NCBI GenBank assembly: GCA_951804945.1
Contig: OX638157.1
Coordinates: forward strand, 36,456,001-36,520,000
Source of the DNA: Podarcis cretensis
Taxonomy: Eukaryota
Length of the DNA stretch: 64,000 nt
Direction of reading: 5' to 3'
Under the pieces are notes generated by a model. That model saw nothing but the letters and a program-made list of their open reading frames with translations. It did not search any database and was not told the DNA's origin. Position numbers and translations under genes: made by a program. Below are positions 1-26,978 of this stretch, one piece after another (within the stretch, counting starts at the first letter, position 1; the number at the start of each line of letters is the position of its first letter).

Positions 1-487
1 AACAATGTAGCCTGCACCAAGTTAGGTGCGAACCTGTAAATAACAAAGCCCTTATTTGATTTTTATATGTGATAGGAGCATATATTTTGTCATAATCCTC
101 AGTTACTTTTCACAGCAAGCTGAATTGCGGTGAATTTACTTTCCTTTTGGAAGAAAACGTGTGTATGATGGCTGAGAAGTGCTCTATGTGTAAGCGTACA
201 CACAAATTAGTGATGGGAGAGGAATTCATTTTATGTAGGCTATGCTTCAAGAATTGCAGTGTATTTTGAATTTCAGTAAAAGTGAGTTAATGTACATTTC
301 TTTCTTTATCCATTTATGTCTCACTTTTCTAAGAAGTTCATAGTAGTATAAAACTGAGGTCAACACAACTTTTTCAACATTGCATATTTGAGTTCTTCAG
401 GTGTGATCAGGTTGGTTCTTGTCTACATCGATGATGAGGGGGAACACTTGGAACAATTCAGTCTATGCACTATGTGCTGATTGTAGT

Positions 488-630
488 CATAGAATTGTAG
501 AGTTGGAATGGACTATGAGGGTCATCCAGTCCAACCCCCTGCAAGGCAGGAATCTTTTGCCCAGCGCGGGGCTAGAACCCATGACCATGAGATTAAGAGT
601 CTCATGTTTTACCAACTGAGCTATCCCAGA
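488..630 (-). mobile_element. tRNA-Lys-derived SINE with CR1-type 3' tail
   Basis: The reverse complement begins GGATAGCTCAGTTGGTAAAACATGAGACTCTTAATCTCATGGTCATGGGTTCTAGCCCC (degenerate tRNA-Lys CUU) and ends ...TTCCAACTCTACAATTCTATG. Confidence 0.8.
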
Positions 631-779
631 CTCAAAATCCAACGCTGCTTTTTAAGCTCATAGATTTGTCATTCTTTGGAAGGGGGTATTTATATGCTGG
701 TGTGTTTCGAATTTAAGATCTTTTTCTAAAATTTGCAGTAGTGGAGATAGTGGAGGGCAGAGTTACTGGAGCGGATGGT

Positions 780-1620
780 GAACAAGGCAGTTCTGCACTT
801 GCTCTCCGTCTTGCCCACCCTCCAATCTTGGTAATCAGGAAGGTTTACCTGCTTTACCCTCAAGCTGAATGCCAGCTCAGTCAAGACGAGGAGTCAGTTG
901 TTACTGGCCCCCTTGTGCAAGAATAGATCAATCACGCTTGTGCCACTGAAACCTGGTTGGATGAAGTGGGGTGTAAATTACTTTTCCCAGATATATTCTC
1001 TAGGTTTCAAGACACCAGTGTACACTTGAGGGACAGCAAGGTTGTTTGATCCTTAATGATTTGCTCCCCTGCTCAGGTACCCTATTGAGCAGGTAGCCAG
1101 GATAAAGTTTCTGCAGCTGGTGCTGGGAACTCGAAACATGGCCACTACCAAACACTCTTCCTGCTTCAGCTCTGAGTGTAGTATAAAGGACCCCAAGGCT
1201 GATTATTTTCAGAGACTTTAGCATTCACACTGAAGATACATCATTAGGAGGTAGCTCAGGATTTGATGGCCTCCATGACAACTTTGGGCCTCTTTCAATT
1301 GTTTTTGGACCAGCACACATGGCAAGACACATACTGGACTGGTTTTCTTCATTGGACTGGGAAAGGGTGATCTGTGGGGTAAGGCCTACCTTTTGTCTGG
1401 ATCCCTGCCCATGTCAGAATGGAGCTGTCCATGTGGGCCTTGGAAGTTGTGAATACCTTATTGAGGGATGCAGTTGTCTCTACTGCCCTTAAAGCGGGAC
1501 TTGTTGAGAAGCCTAATTTAGATCTTTTGGCCTGAGAGATTATTGTATTCTTCAGCAAGACGGCAAAGCAAGTGGTGATGGGAAAACTCCAGTCACTGTT
1601 GGAAGATCCTGTTCAGATCA
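780..1620 (+). mobile_element. Degenerate L2-clade LINE ORF2 relic (endonuclease region)
   Basis: Residual APE motifs TETWL (~946-960), GDFNIH-like (~1205-1230) and H..GH.LD-like (~1313-1345), with stops and frameshifts. Boundaries approximate. Confidence 0.6.
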
Positions 1621-2170
1621 TTTCCAGTAAAACTTCAGGCCTGATTTTGGAACAGAAGCAGCCTTTTCCCATTGGAAATATAGGGAGAGTGTGTGATCCT
1701 ATCAGTTCTTCTGTAACTCTTAAGCATCTTTCAATACCTTGGGGGAGGGGGTTCCATGCCTGCGGATGGACGCTGTTTGTGTCAAGGGACGTTATTCCTG
1801 AGAATAAGGTGGCACTGGTAATGTACTGTTGATGTACCATTTGTGTCAGAGGAATAACTTGAAGGCAGCACAATCCGCAATCCTTGCATGATGGCATGCA
1901 AGCCAAAAATTATTTTGGTTTCTTCTTTTCAGTATGCCATCTGTCACTTGTACAATATGTAGTAATGGCTGCCAACTTGGACTGCTTTAAAAGGGGGGTT
2001 AAGACAAATTCATGTGAGAATTCCCCCCCCCCAATAATACAGTCATGCAGTGTAGGAACCTGTTTTTTAAATATAGGGAAATTGCAAGAGCGGTTTACAA
2101 TCCGGCATGTGAAACCTGTGTAAATGGGGGGGGGGGGGGAAATGCTACTACTCAAGCACCAGGAGTATGA

Positions 2171-16754
<14,584 letters not shown>

Positions 16755-17706
16755 ACTTTTTTAAAGGAGTGGAATGATTTTGGACCGTATCTGGTGTATA
16801 ATATTTTTGTCACGCACCTGCTGAATTGTTCTAACCTACACAGAATGGAAGGAGTAAAAATGGTTGCCTTCAAAGTTTTACTTTTTTTATCCTGCTGACG
16901 AGTATATAATATAAAGTAACGTATTACTGGATATAGGTGGCTCAGTTAAAAGAAAAACTAAGCACTGCTAAAATTGAAAAGTATCCTTTATCTACATACC
17001 CCATTTTAAACTAATTTATATGGAATCTGAAGGCTTAACACCCATTGGAGCAGGTGTGTGGCAGAAATATTACTTTAAATTTGTCTTGTTGAGATGACTA
17101 TCTCAGACAGCAAAAATGCTGTTTTAGCACTGGATCCTTTTCACTGAGCACAAAGAGTTGTTGGGGCTTTAACATCTGACTGATTTTGATACAGAGATGA
17201 TTCTACCCTTTGGAAGTATGCAATGTGAATCACTATTTGCAGACAAACCTGCAATACATATATAATGCTGTTGTAGAGAATGGGACTTAAAATATGAAGC
17301 AAAATAACGAAACATAAGGTGTTCAATTAGCTTGTTGTGTCTCCGAAATTCACTGCACGTGATCAGTTTGGTGTTCTTGCACCACAGTTTTTAAATGAAG
17401 GAACCAGTTAGAACATACTTTGTTTTTATTAAAATTTGAAAAGAAATCAACACTGCTGTTCAGGAGATGAGCATGATGACAGCATCATTTGGCTGTACAT
17501 GTTAAAACTGTAATGCAAGAACCAAATGAAATTATGCACTGTGATGTGGCACCAACTCATTAAAAAGACAGCATGTATTTTTCACGTACAGTGAAAATAT
17601 AAATGAACATAACTATGGCTTGAAAATTCAAAGAGGGGAACTCCTGACTTCCAATTTGTGACTGATCGAGAGACTAATTGTTTAAAACCTCAGCAGGCCT
17701 TGTTCA

Positions 17707-17846
17707 NNNNNNNNNNNNNNNNNNNNNNNNNNNNNNNNNNNNNNNNNNNNNNNNNNNNNNNNNNNNNNNNNNNNNNNNNNNNNNNNNNNNNNNNNNNNNN
17801 NNNNNNNNNNNNNNNNNNNNNNNNNNNNNNNNNNNNNNNNNNNNNN
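17707..17846. other. Assembly gap (140 N) in the NAA15 3' UTR
   Basis: Run of N. Confidence 0.99.
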
Positions 17847-17950
17847 CTTTTAACGGGCCCGAGATTTTTTTTCAATAACAGACAAGCTTCTTATTCCTGC
17901 AGTTACAGATGTAATTTCCTTTGTCAAACATAAGGTACCAAATATAATGC

Positions 17951-17956
17951 AATAAA
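17951..17956 (+). terminator. Candidate NAA15 polyadenylation signal (AATAAA); a second one at 18138-18143
   Basis: AATAAA about 1.2 kb after the stop, with an upstream TGTA (~17910) and GT-rich sequence downstream. Confidence 0.5.
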
Positions 17957-20019
17957 ATGTTTTGAAAAAGAGCTGTGTGGCTATAGAATTTGCAAACTGC
18001 TGTCAGAAGAGATGTAGTGCAAGACCAGTGTAACATGAATTACTTACAATAGCTTTTTGTTAGTGTTGGTGAAATCCCACAATGCATAATGCAGCAGTGC
18101 TTGGAGACACTATTTCCCCTTCCTGCCCCTCTTCTCCAATAAAGCTAACCCACAATGGCTGCTGTTGTGAACAGTAATTTGCAACTTGGCAGTAATGGTT
18201 CCGTTCCTAGAGTTAATAGTAAATATCTCTGCAAAATACAACATCTTTATGAAGACTACAAATTTAAATGAGAACTTTTATAAGCTATGAAGTTTGGGAT
18301 AAGAAATCTAAGGCACAGTGTAGAAAATGGTAAAAATAATTTGTAGTATGAGAAACTTGACAGTTGACACTTCATGGTTTTCACTGCTGTACATCTCTTT
18401 AGAGAGATCATTACTCTTTCTGTGATAAGAAAAAATGTTAAAGGAAAGTATTGACTTGTCATTCATCTAGAGCCTTGCCCTTTTGGCATATATACATCTC
18501 TGAACAAAAGAAGTTTGTCATAACTTTGTGTTAACTGTACTACAATATTTTCATGGACTAATATTTCCAAGAAAATAATTTTGCTGTCTGCTACTGAGAC
18601 ACTCTGCTACGTTACATTCAAACCAAGAGCTGAATATCACACCTAGTCTGCAAATATTCAGTGTTACCTATCTGGAAACCTTAGTATCCTATGTGCTTGT
18701 TTTTCTTCCCCTTAACTTAGCCACTTTATTATCCTGCAACCCTTCAGGAAATACTTGCTGTAGTCATGATATTCCATGGAAACTACTCTAGAATTAGCCC
18801 TATTGTCTTTCAGGATGCCACATTATTTCTAAAGTGCTCTGCTAAGAGATGGGCTTGGGTTAATAATTTACACCTTTGTTTTTCCTCTTCCAGTGATAGT
18901 TGGTCAACTAAAACTCTCTTAAGTGCTGAGATCTTACAACATAGATCACTCATTTGTGGCTTTTGTTTTTAGCAAGGATAGCATGTTTCATTATAGTTAC
19001 AACTGTGTGATCTTGCAGTGACATAAATTTTGGAGGTAGGTATATAGTGGGTATCATATACACATAAAAAGTCACAGTAATCTGGTCATTACTATTTAAG
19101 CAGCACGCATGCACACCTTTTGTAGTGGGTCATTAAAAAATTATCAGTGTAACCTATAGGAAGGCAAAACCAAGGCAGCCCAGAGGCATAATAATCATGC
19201 TGGTCTACTTGGAAACACATTTCACTGATTTTGGTGGTACTTGCTCTGTTGTAAGCAAGTATAGGGTTGTGTTAGGTTTTTTAAAATATATTGTCCACTT
19301 AAGCAGGCAGAGGAGCTGAGCAAGGGGTGGTGCTCCATTGCACTTTGACCCCCTGAGAAGCAAAATTAATTATGCAAAACAAGTGAAGATGGACAAAGTT
19401 GCTGGGTTTTTAGAAAAAGGAATATGAGGAGCTTGGAGGAGGGTTTCTGCTGAAAAGCACTGGCTCCAGCAGGAAAATAGAGAACAATATGTAAATAGAA
19501 GCTACTGCTCAAAGGCTCATGTATTGCCCAGGATAGCTGATCTTTGCCATGAGCTGGAACTACAGGTAAAAAATAAGACACTGTTCCTGCATCTTTTATA
19601 ACTCTGTAGAAGGGCGATTCAGCAGGTTGACCTGAAGTTTCCTTTTTGGCAGCTTCCTACCAGTACCGAAATTCACTCTCCTATCTACCCAGCTGTTTAA
19701 AGGCGCAAGAGCGTGGTCTACTTTTTCACCCTTTTCCATCAGTTGTGGGAGCAACAGATCTTTGCTAGGAAGAGCCCTGTTGGTCCAGTGCCCAGCCGGA
19801 AGCTGATGTTCATGGCTTTCCCCACAGCTAATGCCAGAGGCGCTGCAAGTTTTAAAGCTTGGTCTGGGGGGGAATTGGCTTTTCTGGGAACTTTCTGCCC
19901 ATCAGTCTCGCCGGGTGACTCCCGCTTGTATATCTGGGGACGAGAGAAAGAGACAGCCAGGGGTGGGAAGCGCTCTTGTACTGAGGAGACTGGCACGAGC
20001 TTAGCGCTGACCAACAATG

Positions 20020-20830
20020 ACAGCCAGATGGCCGCTGCCGCCCCCAACCCGCCATTTAAAGCCGCGTCCATAACATCCCACTTCTCGCGAGCTTTCGTGT
20101 TCCCGTCGTCCCTGTTTCCCCCCCGCTGAGGCGACCGGAAACGCCCCTTTCCACGGCCTCGCCTATCAGGCCCGGCCTATGCCGCGAAAGGGGCGGAGCT
20201 GTTCCTCCTACGTGGCTTAACACGCGTGAAGCGGCAGCCGCCGCCCTTAGGTGCGGAAGCGAAGCGGTTTGTCAGGGAGGGGGGAAATGGGCACGCGCGA
20301 GCGAGCGACGGGGGCGCGCGGGCCTTTTTCTCCTCCCTGCCGCGACGCGAATCCCTCCGCCAGGTTGGGCCGGAGCGACTAAGCCGCGAGGGACTCGGCG
20401 CAGCGGAAGGCGCCTTCGCGGGCCCGGAGGATATGGCGGCGGCCGAGGTGGAGTCGTCGCTGGAGCTGAGCCTGTCGAGCAGCTACGCGGGGCCGGGGAC
20501 GTTGCCCCCCGCGCGCTCCCGCATCTTCAAGATCATCGTCATCGGGGACTCGAACGTGGGCAAAACGTGCCTCACTTTCCGCTTTTGCGCGGGCCGCTTC
20601 CCGGAGCGCACCGAGGCCACCATCGGGGTGGATTTCCGAGAACGCGCCGTCGAGATCGACGGGGAGCGCATCAAGGTGCGGAAAACCGAGGTCGCCTCCT
20701 CGGGCTGCTTTTTCCCTGCCAGGCTCAGGGGCTGTTCTGCCGGCTGCCTTGCAGCTGGCGCGTGGTAGATGCAAAGTGCAGGTGTGTGCAGAAAAGGCAG
20801 GTCCTTTGCCTCGGCAAGCGACGTCTGCTG
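20020..20830 (+). promoter_or_regulatory. CpG-island promoter and first exon of RAB33B
   Basis: Abrupt GC/CpG enrichment. GC box GGGGCGGAG (~20190), ETS cores CCGGAA (~20136) and GCGGAAG (~20253), palindrome CACGCGTG (20221-20228), BANP/Kaiso-like TCTCGCGAGC (20083-20092), YY1-like ATGGCGGC overlapping the start codon. Confidence 0.85.
20433..20675 (+). CDS. RAB33B: RAB33B coding exon 1
   Basis: [45 protein letters not shown]...DGERIK. Confidence 0.95.
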
Positions 20831-22615
20831 AGATTTCCTCTGCTGCAATACTGTTATAGCTGCAGGTGGCGAAAGATTCCTGCACTGCCGCGGGTTGGAC
20901 TACATGACCCTCGTGGTTCCTTCCACGAGGGTCATCTTATACCAGGCCACCTGGCAGAACAGAAGTGGGCAACTCCAGTCCTGTTGCTCATCCATGCTGT
21001 GTGGAGCTGACACACGGTCATTTGTTATACTTGTATCTCAGCTGCTTCCCCTGAATCAAGATTTGTGTTTGCAACAACCTGAGTAAGGTAACTTGAGGAA
21101 GCCCCTGGTGAGCTTCATCGCTGAGCCCTATAGTTGCACCTGTAAACATTCTGTTAGTTGCACCTCTGAGCCCCTTGGTCTAACTAACTGTTGTTCATGT
21201 GCTGAGTGCTGAACATGTATTAACATCACACAGTTTTGAAGATGTGCTCATATTTAGTCAAACCTGTGGCCTATTGCATCTCCTTATCCTAGTGTTTAAA
21301 TAAGCTCACAAAAGTTTGCAGACACACAACGCTAGTTTGTTACGGCCTTGCAGAATTCTCCATCCCACCTCTAGCAACATGTGGTTTCTATGCTGGGTGC
21401 AGAGAGGTAGAGCTTCCATGCAACCAGCTGCATGGAATTCCTGGTTACCAGCTAGTGCTTACCGTATTTTTTGCTCTATAAGACTCACTTTTTGCCTCCT
21501 AAAAAGTAAGGGAAAATGTGTGTGTGTCTTATGGAGCGAATGCAGGCTGCACAGCTATCCCAGAAGCCAGAACAGCAAGAGGGATTGCTGCTTTCACTGT
21601 GCACCGATCCCTCTTGCTGTTCTGGCTTCTGAGATTCAGAATATTTTTTTCCTTGTTTTCCTCCTCCAAAAACTAGGTGTGTCTTATGGTCTGGGGCATC
21701 TTATAGAGCGAAAAATACGGTAAATGGAAAGTTGTGTCATCCTTATACATGTACAGTATGTTAAGCAATGACACCTCTGCTTTTTAATTGAAATGTAAGC
21801 ATGCTGATTTTTAAATCACATAGATCCTAATTAAACTTAATTCTCCTCTCACAATGTGAATTTCTTGGCAAGCTCTTAATTCCTGCAATACCTTCATCTA
21901 CAGTAAAAGACACACAATTACTAATATTTAGTATAACTGTTTTTGAAAAGCTGATGTATAAAAAGGTGTTTGCAGGAAGCTTCACAGCAAAAGTTTTCAT
22001 TTATGTTTTGTTGCCGTTGCTGAGATATAAAACCACTGACCTCAAACACCCTCATGAACAGAAATCATAGCAATATAAAAGTACTGTTGAGTTAAAGTTG
22101 AAATTATGTCTTTCCACCAGCATGAGTGAAATCATTTTTTTTTCTTGTTTCTCTCCCCTTCTCGGTACATCTAGATTCAGCTCTGGGATACAGCAGGGCA
22201 GGAGCGATTCAGGAAGAGCATGGTACAGCACTATTACAGGAATGTACATGCAGTCGTTTTTGTATATGATATGACAAATATTGCCAGTTTCCATAGTTTG
22301 CCACTGTGGATCGAGGAATGCAAACAACACTTGCTCACCAATGATATACCCCGGATTTTGGTTGGAAATAAATGTGATCTGAGAAGTGCAATTCAGGTCC
22401 CTACGGACATGGCTCAGAAATTTGCTGACACTCACAGCATGCCACTGTTTGAAACATCTGCTAAAAACCCTAATGACAATGATCATGTGGAAGCCATATT
22501 TATGACCCTGGCTCATAAGCTCAAGAGTCACAAGCCACTCATGCTTAGTCAGCTACCCGATAACACAATTCACTTAGAACCTGCAGTAAAACCCGCCATG
22601 CCATGTTGGTGTTAG
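20433..22615 (+). CDS. RAB33B: Ras-related protein Rab-33B (227 aa, 2 coding exons)
   Basis: join(20433-20675,22175-22615); AAG|gtgcgg donor and ctag|ATTCAG acceptor. G-box motifs [27 protein letters not shown]; C-terminal CWC (CXC prenylation). Synteny with NAA15/SETD7. Confidence 0.97.
21462..21720. mobile_element. Tc1/mariner (pogo/Tigger-like) MITE in the RAB33B intron
   Basis: TA|CCGTATTTTTTGCTCTATAAGA ... TCTTATAGAGCGAAAAATACGG|TA; 22-bp TIR with 1 mismatch. Confidence 0.88.
22175..22615 (+). CDS. RAB33B: RAB33B coding exon 2
   Basis: [27 protein letters not shown]...PAMPCWC*. Confidence 0.96.
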   Translation: MQLWDTAGQERFRKSMVQHYYRNVHAVVFVYDMTNIASFHSLPLWIEECKQHLLTNDIPRILVGNKCDLRSAIQVPTDMAQKFADTHSMPLFETSAKNPNDNDHVEAIFMTLAHKLKSHKPLMLSQLPDNTIHLEPAVKPAMPCWC

Positions 22616-25600
22616 CTCACACTATTTTTGTAGTCATCACTTTGGTCTGTTTGCCAGTGCTTTGAGAGTATGGTGTTGGTAATGTTCCAGTTTAGTAGAA
22701 ATTACATTGAATCTGCTGGGCACTTTATTGTATGTCCTCACATCTGGATGTGTGCCACTGTTATCTCTGCACTTTGTTAACTGTGTCGTCTAAATTACTG
22801 AAGATTTATGGAAGTTAGATTTGTGAAGCTTGACTCTGGTCCCATTGAAGTAGCTTAGTTCTGAGATCTTTTCTCCACTAAAATAGAAATGTGTAGGTTA
22901 GGTCAAATCACTGATGCCTTTAGCATTCAATTTGAGCAGATCTCGGTTCTATAGAAACCCAAAGAGTAGTATGACTTGATAATTTTAAGTGAATTACTTT
23001 TAGATAATGTTGTAAATTGATTTGTGAATTGTACTTCTATCATATGTCTTAATCATGCAATGGAATGAAGACTCGACTTGAGCACAAGTGTTAAGTCACC
23101 TCTTGCCTTCATCTCATTACTTTACCTAAATTCTAGGTTAGTTAATTATGAAAGCAAGTGAAGCTCTCCGGAGTTTACTTTCTGTGTAAAGTTATGTTTG
23201 ATGGCCCTCATAGTTTTGTATTCTTCTTTATATGTGAGACAGAAATGACATTGGAAAAATATCCAGGGTTATCTTTTGCACAATAAAATGAAATCATGTG
23301 AATCTCATGGAACATTGGAAATTGCATTGAAAACTGAAGCTGTAGTGGATTGTTTATTTCTGATGTAACCACAAGAGATCAGAAAGTATCCACTCAATTG
23401 TGGCATTGCTCTGGAGGCGAAGCCATCAATAGGAACGCCAGATCTTGTAGTTCAGATTCTCCCTAAATACTGTAACTTTTTAAAAAGCTCTAACAAAATT
23501 CTAAAAATGTATCATTTATATTCATAACATTATGATGTAACTTAAGGTGTATTGTCTGACTTTCATTATTAGCAGTGGTTATAACCTACACAACATACAA
23601 AATGCCAAAATGTGAGAGTTGATTGGGGTATTTTTACTACCCCAATGGAATACTATGAAGCAAATGGCCAAGGTAAAAGTCTTAGGAATGCATGGTTTAT
23701 CCTACTAAAAACAAACAGTGAAATCAAATGTAGACTGTAAATAATATAGGGAAAATCATATGCTATTCTGTGTGGTTGACTCACTATGTTTTGCTTTTGA
23801 AATAGCATACAGTAGGAGCAACTGAACTTCAGAATCTACAATTTGTAAAAAAAAAATAACTACTTGTGTGCCTTAGCTATGAACATATGGAAGGGGCGGT
23901 CTATATCATCTCATAGTATCAAAAATAAATACATAAAATATGAATGAAAGTGGCTGTTTTCCATAAGTAGTATTTGCAGCTTGTTTTTAGTAACAGTTAA
24001 GAGGTATCTTCAAATCTATTTGCAGCACAGAGTGTCTAACTATAAAGTGTTTAGAGATGAACTTACAAGATTTCTTGCTTGATGATTTTGCGTAGACATT
24101 TCTGCTATAATAACTGCCCTCCACCTCTGGGCAGCTCAAGCTAAAGGTGTAAGGGATAGGTGGGCTTTCCTGTGTTCATTGTGTAACATGCACTACTGGC
24201 ACAAGCGCCCGATTCAGCCTTCCAGTACTGAGTAATTGGCAAGTGGAGAAATCCTGGTGCCTATCTTCATCACCTTGCACAAATATAGCTCCAGCCTTGT
24301 ATATCTATTGTTGCTAATTAGGACCATCACCCATTAAAGAAAGGAATTTGAGCTTTTATTGACTAATAAAATATTAAAGCTACAAATATTGAGGAAGGGA
24401 TAAAACAGTTCTGTAGAAAATGGCATACGTTATTTGTGTGAATGACAGATAATGGGGGTTGATTTTAATTACATTTAATCTTTGTACTCTTGCTCTTCCC
24501 TCCACTTGGAAAGCTCAAGTCGCTAACAGTAATGTGTTATTAGAATCCTGTTAGCAGTGGCTGCCACCTGGTGTTTTTTAAGTATTAAAAACAAATATTT
24601 TACAAATCAATCAGTGTTAATCAACTAGGACAGCAGGAGACAACATGGTGCCCTCTAGATGTTGTGGATTACAACTGCCATCATTCCCAGTCAGCTTGAC
24701 GAGTGAACAGGGATGGTGGTACTTGTAGTCCAAAACATCTGGAGGCTACCACAATGGCTGTTTCGGAAGTAAGCATTACAAACCTTAGTATAAGTGAACC
24801 TTGTGTAGGAGTTAATCTTAACTCTGTTGTTCAGTACCATATTGTAACCTTTTTGATCCTCATTCTTTATTTATTTCACATGTGTCCTACATTTCACATT
24901 TTGTGGTAGCTTACGTATAACTTTTGGTTACATAAAAAGGGAAAGCAATGAAATTCAAGATACCGTTACATATTATTCTAAGAGAATGGAGTATCAGTAT
25001 TATAGGCTAACACTTAAAGAACAATTGACTTAATATTCCAAATCCAATTTGCTTATATCTACTGTGTGCTGCTTATTAAATGTCTTACTAAGTTTTAACC
25101 TTTACTGTAATGTTATTGAAGGCAGACATATTAGTACAATTACTGTAATTGTAATTGCCAAATACTAGGTGCTATTCTGTTGTACATTAGCATAGTGAAG
25201 TATAAAACACTAGCTTTTATGTTTAGGAAAATCTATTGATTGCACCTTAATCAGTAAAATGCAAGGAACACAATCCACTTGCATTGTGGGCCAAATGTGT
25301 GAGAGGATTGTGTCCAAGTTTATATAGAATTATTATTATTTTGCTTATAACCAGAAGTGACAGGGTTTTTCTTGTTTAGTTTTTCTACAACACTTGAAAA
25401 AGGGAAGTTCTTTTTACTCTGTTTTGTGTCTTTACTTTTGGTTTATGCACTTTCTAGAAACCATTTATTTAATACGAAGACTCTTCAGTGATTTTTAATG
25501 AAAAAATGTTCATAAATGTATATTTCTAAAATATTTCTCAAATATAGTTTACACTCCTCTTTAGAGGACTCACCTGTTTACTTCATTTTCTTAACCCATT

Positions 25601-26071
25601 TAAGTAAAAGATAGCTTTTAATGCAAATGTAATTATAATGTGTGCATTAAATCATATCCTAAAGAAAGTAAAAAATAAAAACCAGGGTTTTATAATCAGA
25701 AGGAAGAAGGTGTTGAAGAATAAATCATGTGGACACAACATATAGGACAACATCCCTGTATTGCTCCCAGGATAGGTCTGGTAACTAATGTTGGATTGAA
25801 CCCATAAATACTGATAAAATGGTTATTTTGAAACTGTTTAAACTGCTATAGTATAGTATAGAATTGTTCTATCTTATTATTGCAAAATAACATTGAGCAT
25901 TGTCATCTTATCAGCACCGGTTACGTTGATAGTATCTTAAACAGAGTGTTGTCAATCCAAAATGCTTCCCCATTTAATAATGCTTTACCTACAAAATGTC
26001 AGTTGTTCTTTCTAAAATCAAAAGGAAAGATTTATTTAAATTACCACAAGTATGTGCCACTGTCTTAAACT

Positions 26072-26077
26072 AATAAA
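26072..26077 (+). terminator. Candidate distal RAB33B polyadenylation signal
   Basis: AATAAA followed by a T/GT-rich tract (ttctgcttttgtctcatttt). Proximal AATAAAs at 23282, 23924 and 24365. Confidence 0.4.
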
Positions 26078-26713
26078 TGCTAGCAAGTAAAATTCTGCTT
26101 TTGTCTCATTTTTCCCCACTGTAATTGCCTGTCAGTTAGAAACATTCACATTGTTATGAGTGTTGTGAAGCTTCCATGTCCTGAAAGATTCTTGCTTGCC
26201 TCAGGCAGCTACACCTATGGCTATTTAAAAAGTGTTTTATTTCTGGAGTTATATGTGTATTTGTCTTTAAAAAATGAATCTGTGGAAGAGAACCAATGGG
26301 CAAGATGGGATATGTTCAAATTGATTTCTTTAGTTTAGGCCAGATGGAGCATATGATATGAAAGCTGATGCCTCTTTAATGAAATACTAATTCCATACAA
26401 AACACAATCCATAAATTCTAACAGGGGGCATTGGTGAAATCATTGGAGTAGAGTGCATTGGCTAATATTCACAGTATTTAGCTGCCCACTCTTTGCTTTC
26501 TGTGCTAGCAGTGAAACCAGTTATCACACGGAATCTTATGGTTTCTGCACACCATTCTCATTTGAACAAGCAAATTTGCATTTGGAAGACTCATTTGCCC
26601 ATGACAATTTTTCTGGTTCAAAGGATGCTTGCTATTATTGAAGATTCTATTACACAGCAGGAGTCAAATAAACACCATGGGGCTAAATTAAAATTTATGA
26701 AAATAGAATTAAG

Positions 26714-26719
26714 TTTATT
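26714..26719 (-). terminator. Candidate polyadenylation signal of the MS4A-like gene
   Basis: Minus-strand AATAAA about 155 nt after the stop, preceded by TGTA and followed by a T-rich tract. Confidence 0.55.
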
Positions 26720-26874
26720 AACTGTACAGAAAATAGGTCACCAGTCTTGAAATTCTGAGGATCTCTTCAGAGTGGTCAGTCATTTCTTAACTTTTAAGAA
26801 TTGTACAAACGTCTCAGTAACGTTCTTAAGTTATAAAGAGCTTTTTAAAAAACTTATTCTCCTAGAATTTATAT

Positions 26875-26978
26875 TTAAGTCATCCTGATATACGGAGGTG
26901 GTTTGGGCATATCATCATCAGCTTCCATAACTAAATCTGAAAGTTTTACAGGAGAATTAAAAATTGTATCCACTTGAC
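26875..26978 (-). CDS. MS4A-like gene last coding exon (not in ORF track)
   Basis: gttttctattctag|(G)QVDTIFNSPVKLSDLVMEADDDMPKPPPYIRMT*; phase matches the previous exon. Confidence 0.8.

Noticed and set aside
545-630. tRNA-Lys-like and (58615-58680) tRNA-Ile-like sequences as tRNA genes
   Set aside because: Degenerate stems and boxes, fused to CR1 tails: SINE heads, not tRNA genes
17658-17933. ORFs containing X runs
   Set aside because: Artefacts of the N gap
20226-21010. Long overlapping ORFs around RAB33B exon 1 (20379..20885-, 20483..20848-, 20567..21010+, and the N-terminal extension from 20226)
   Set aside because: Stop-poor GC-rich CpG island and antisense shadow of the real exon. 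The extension starts at GTG, whereas ATG 20433 matches the known N-terminus.
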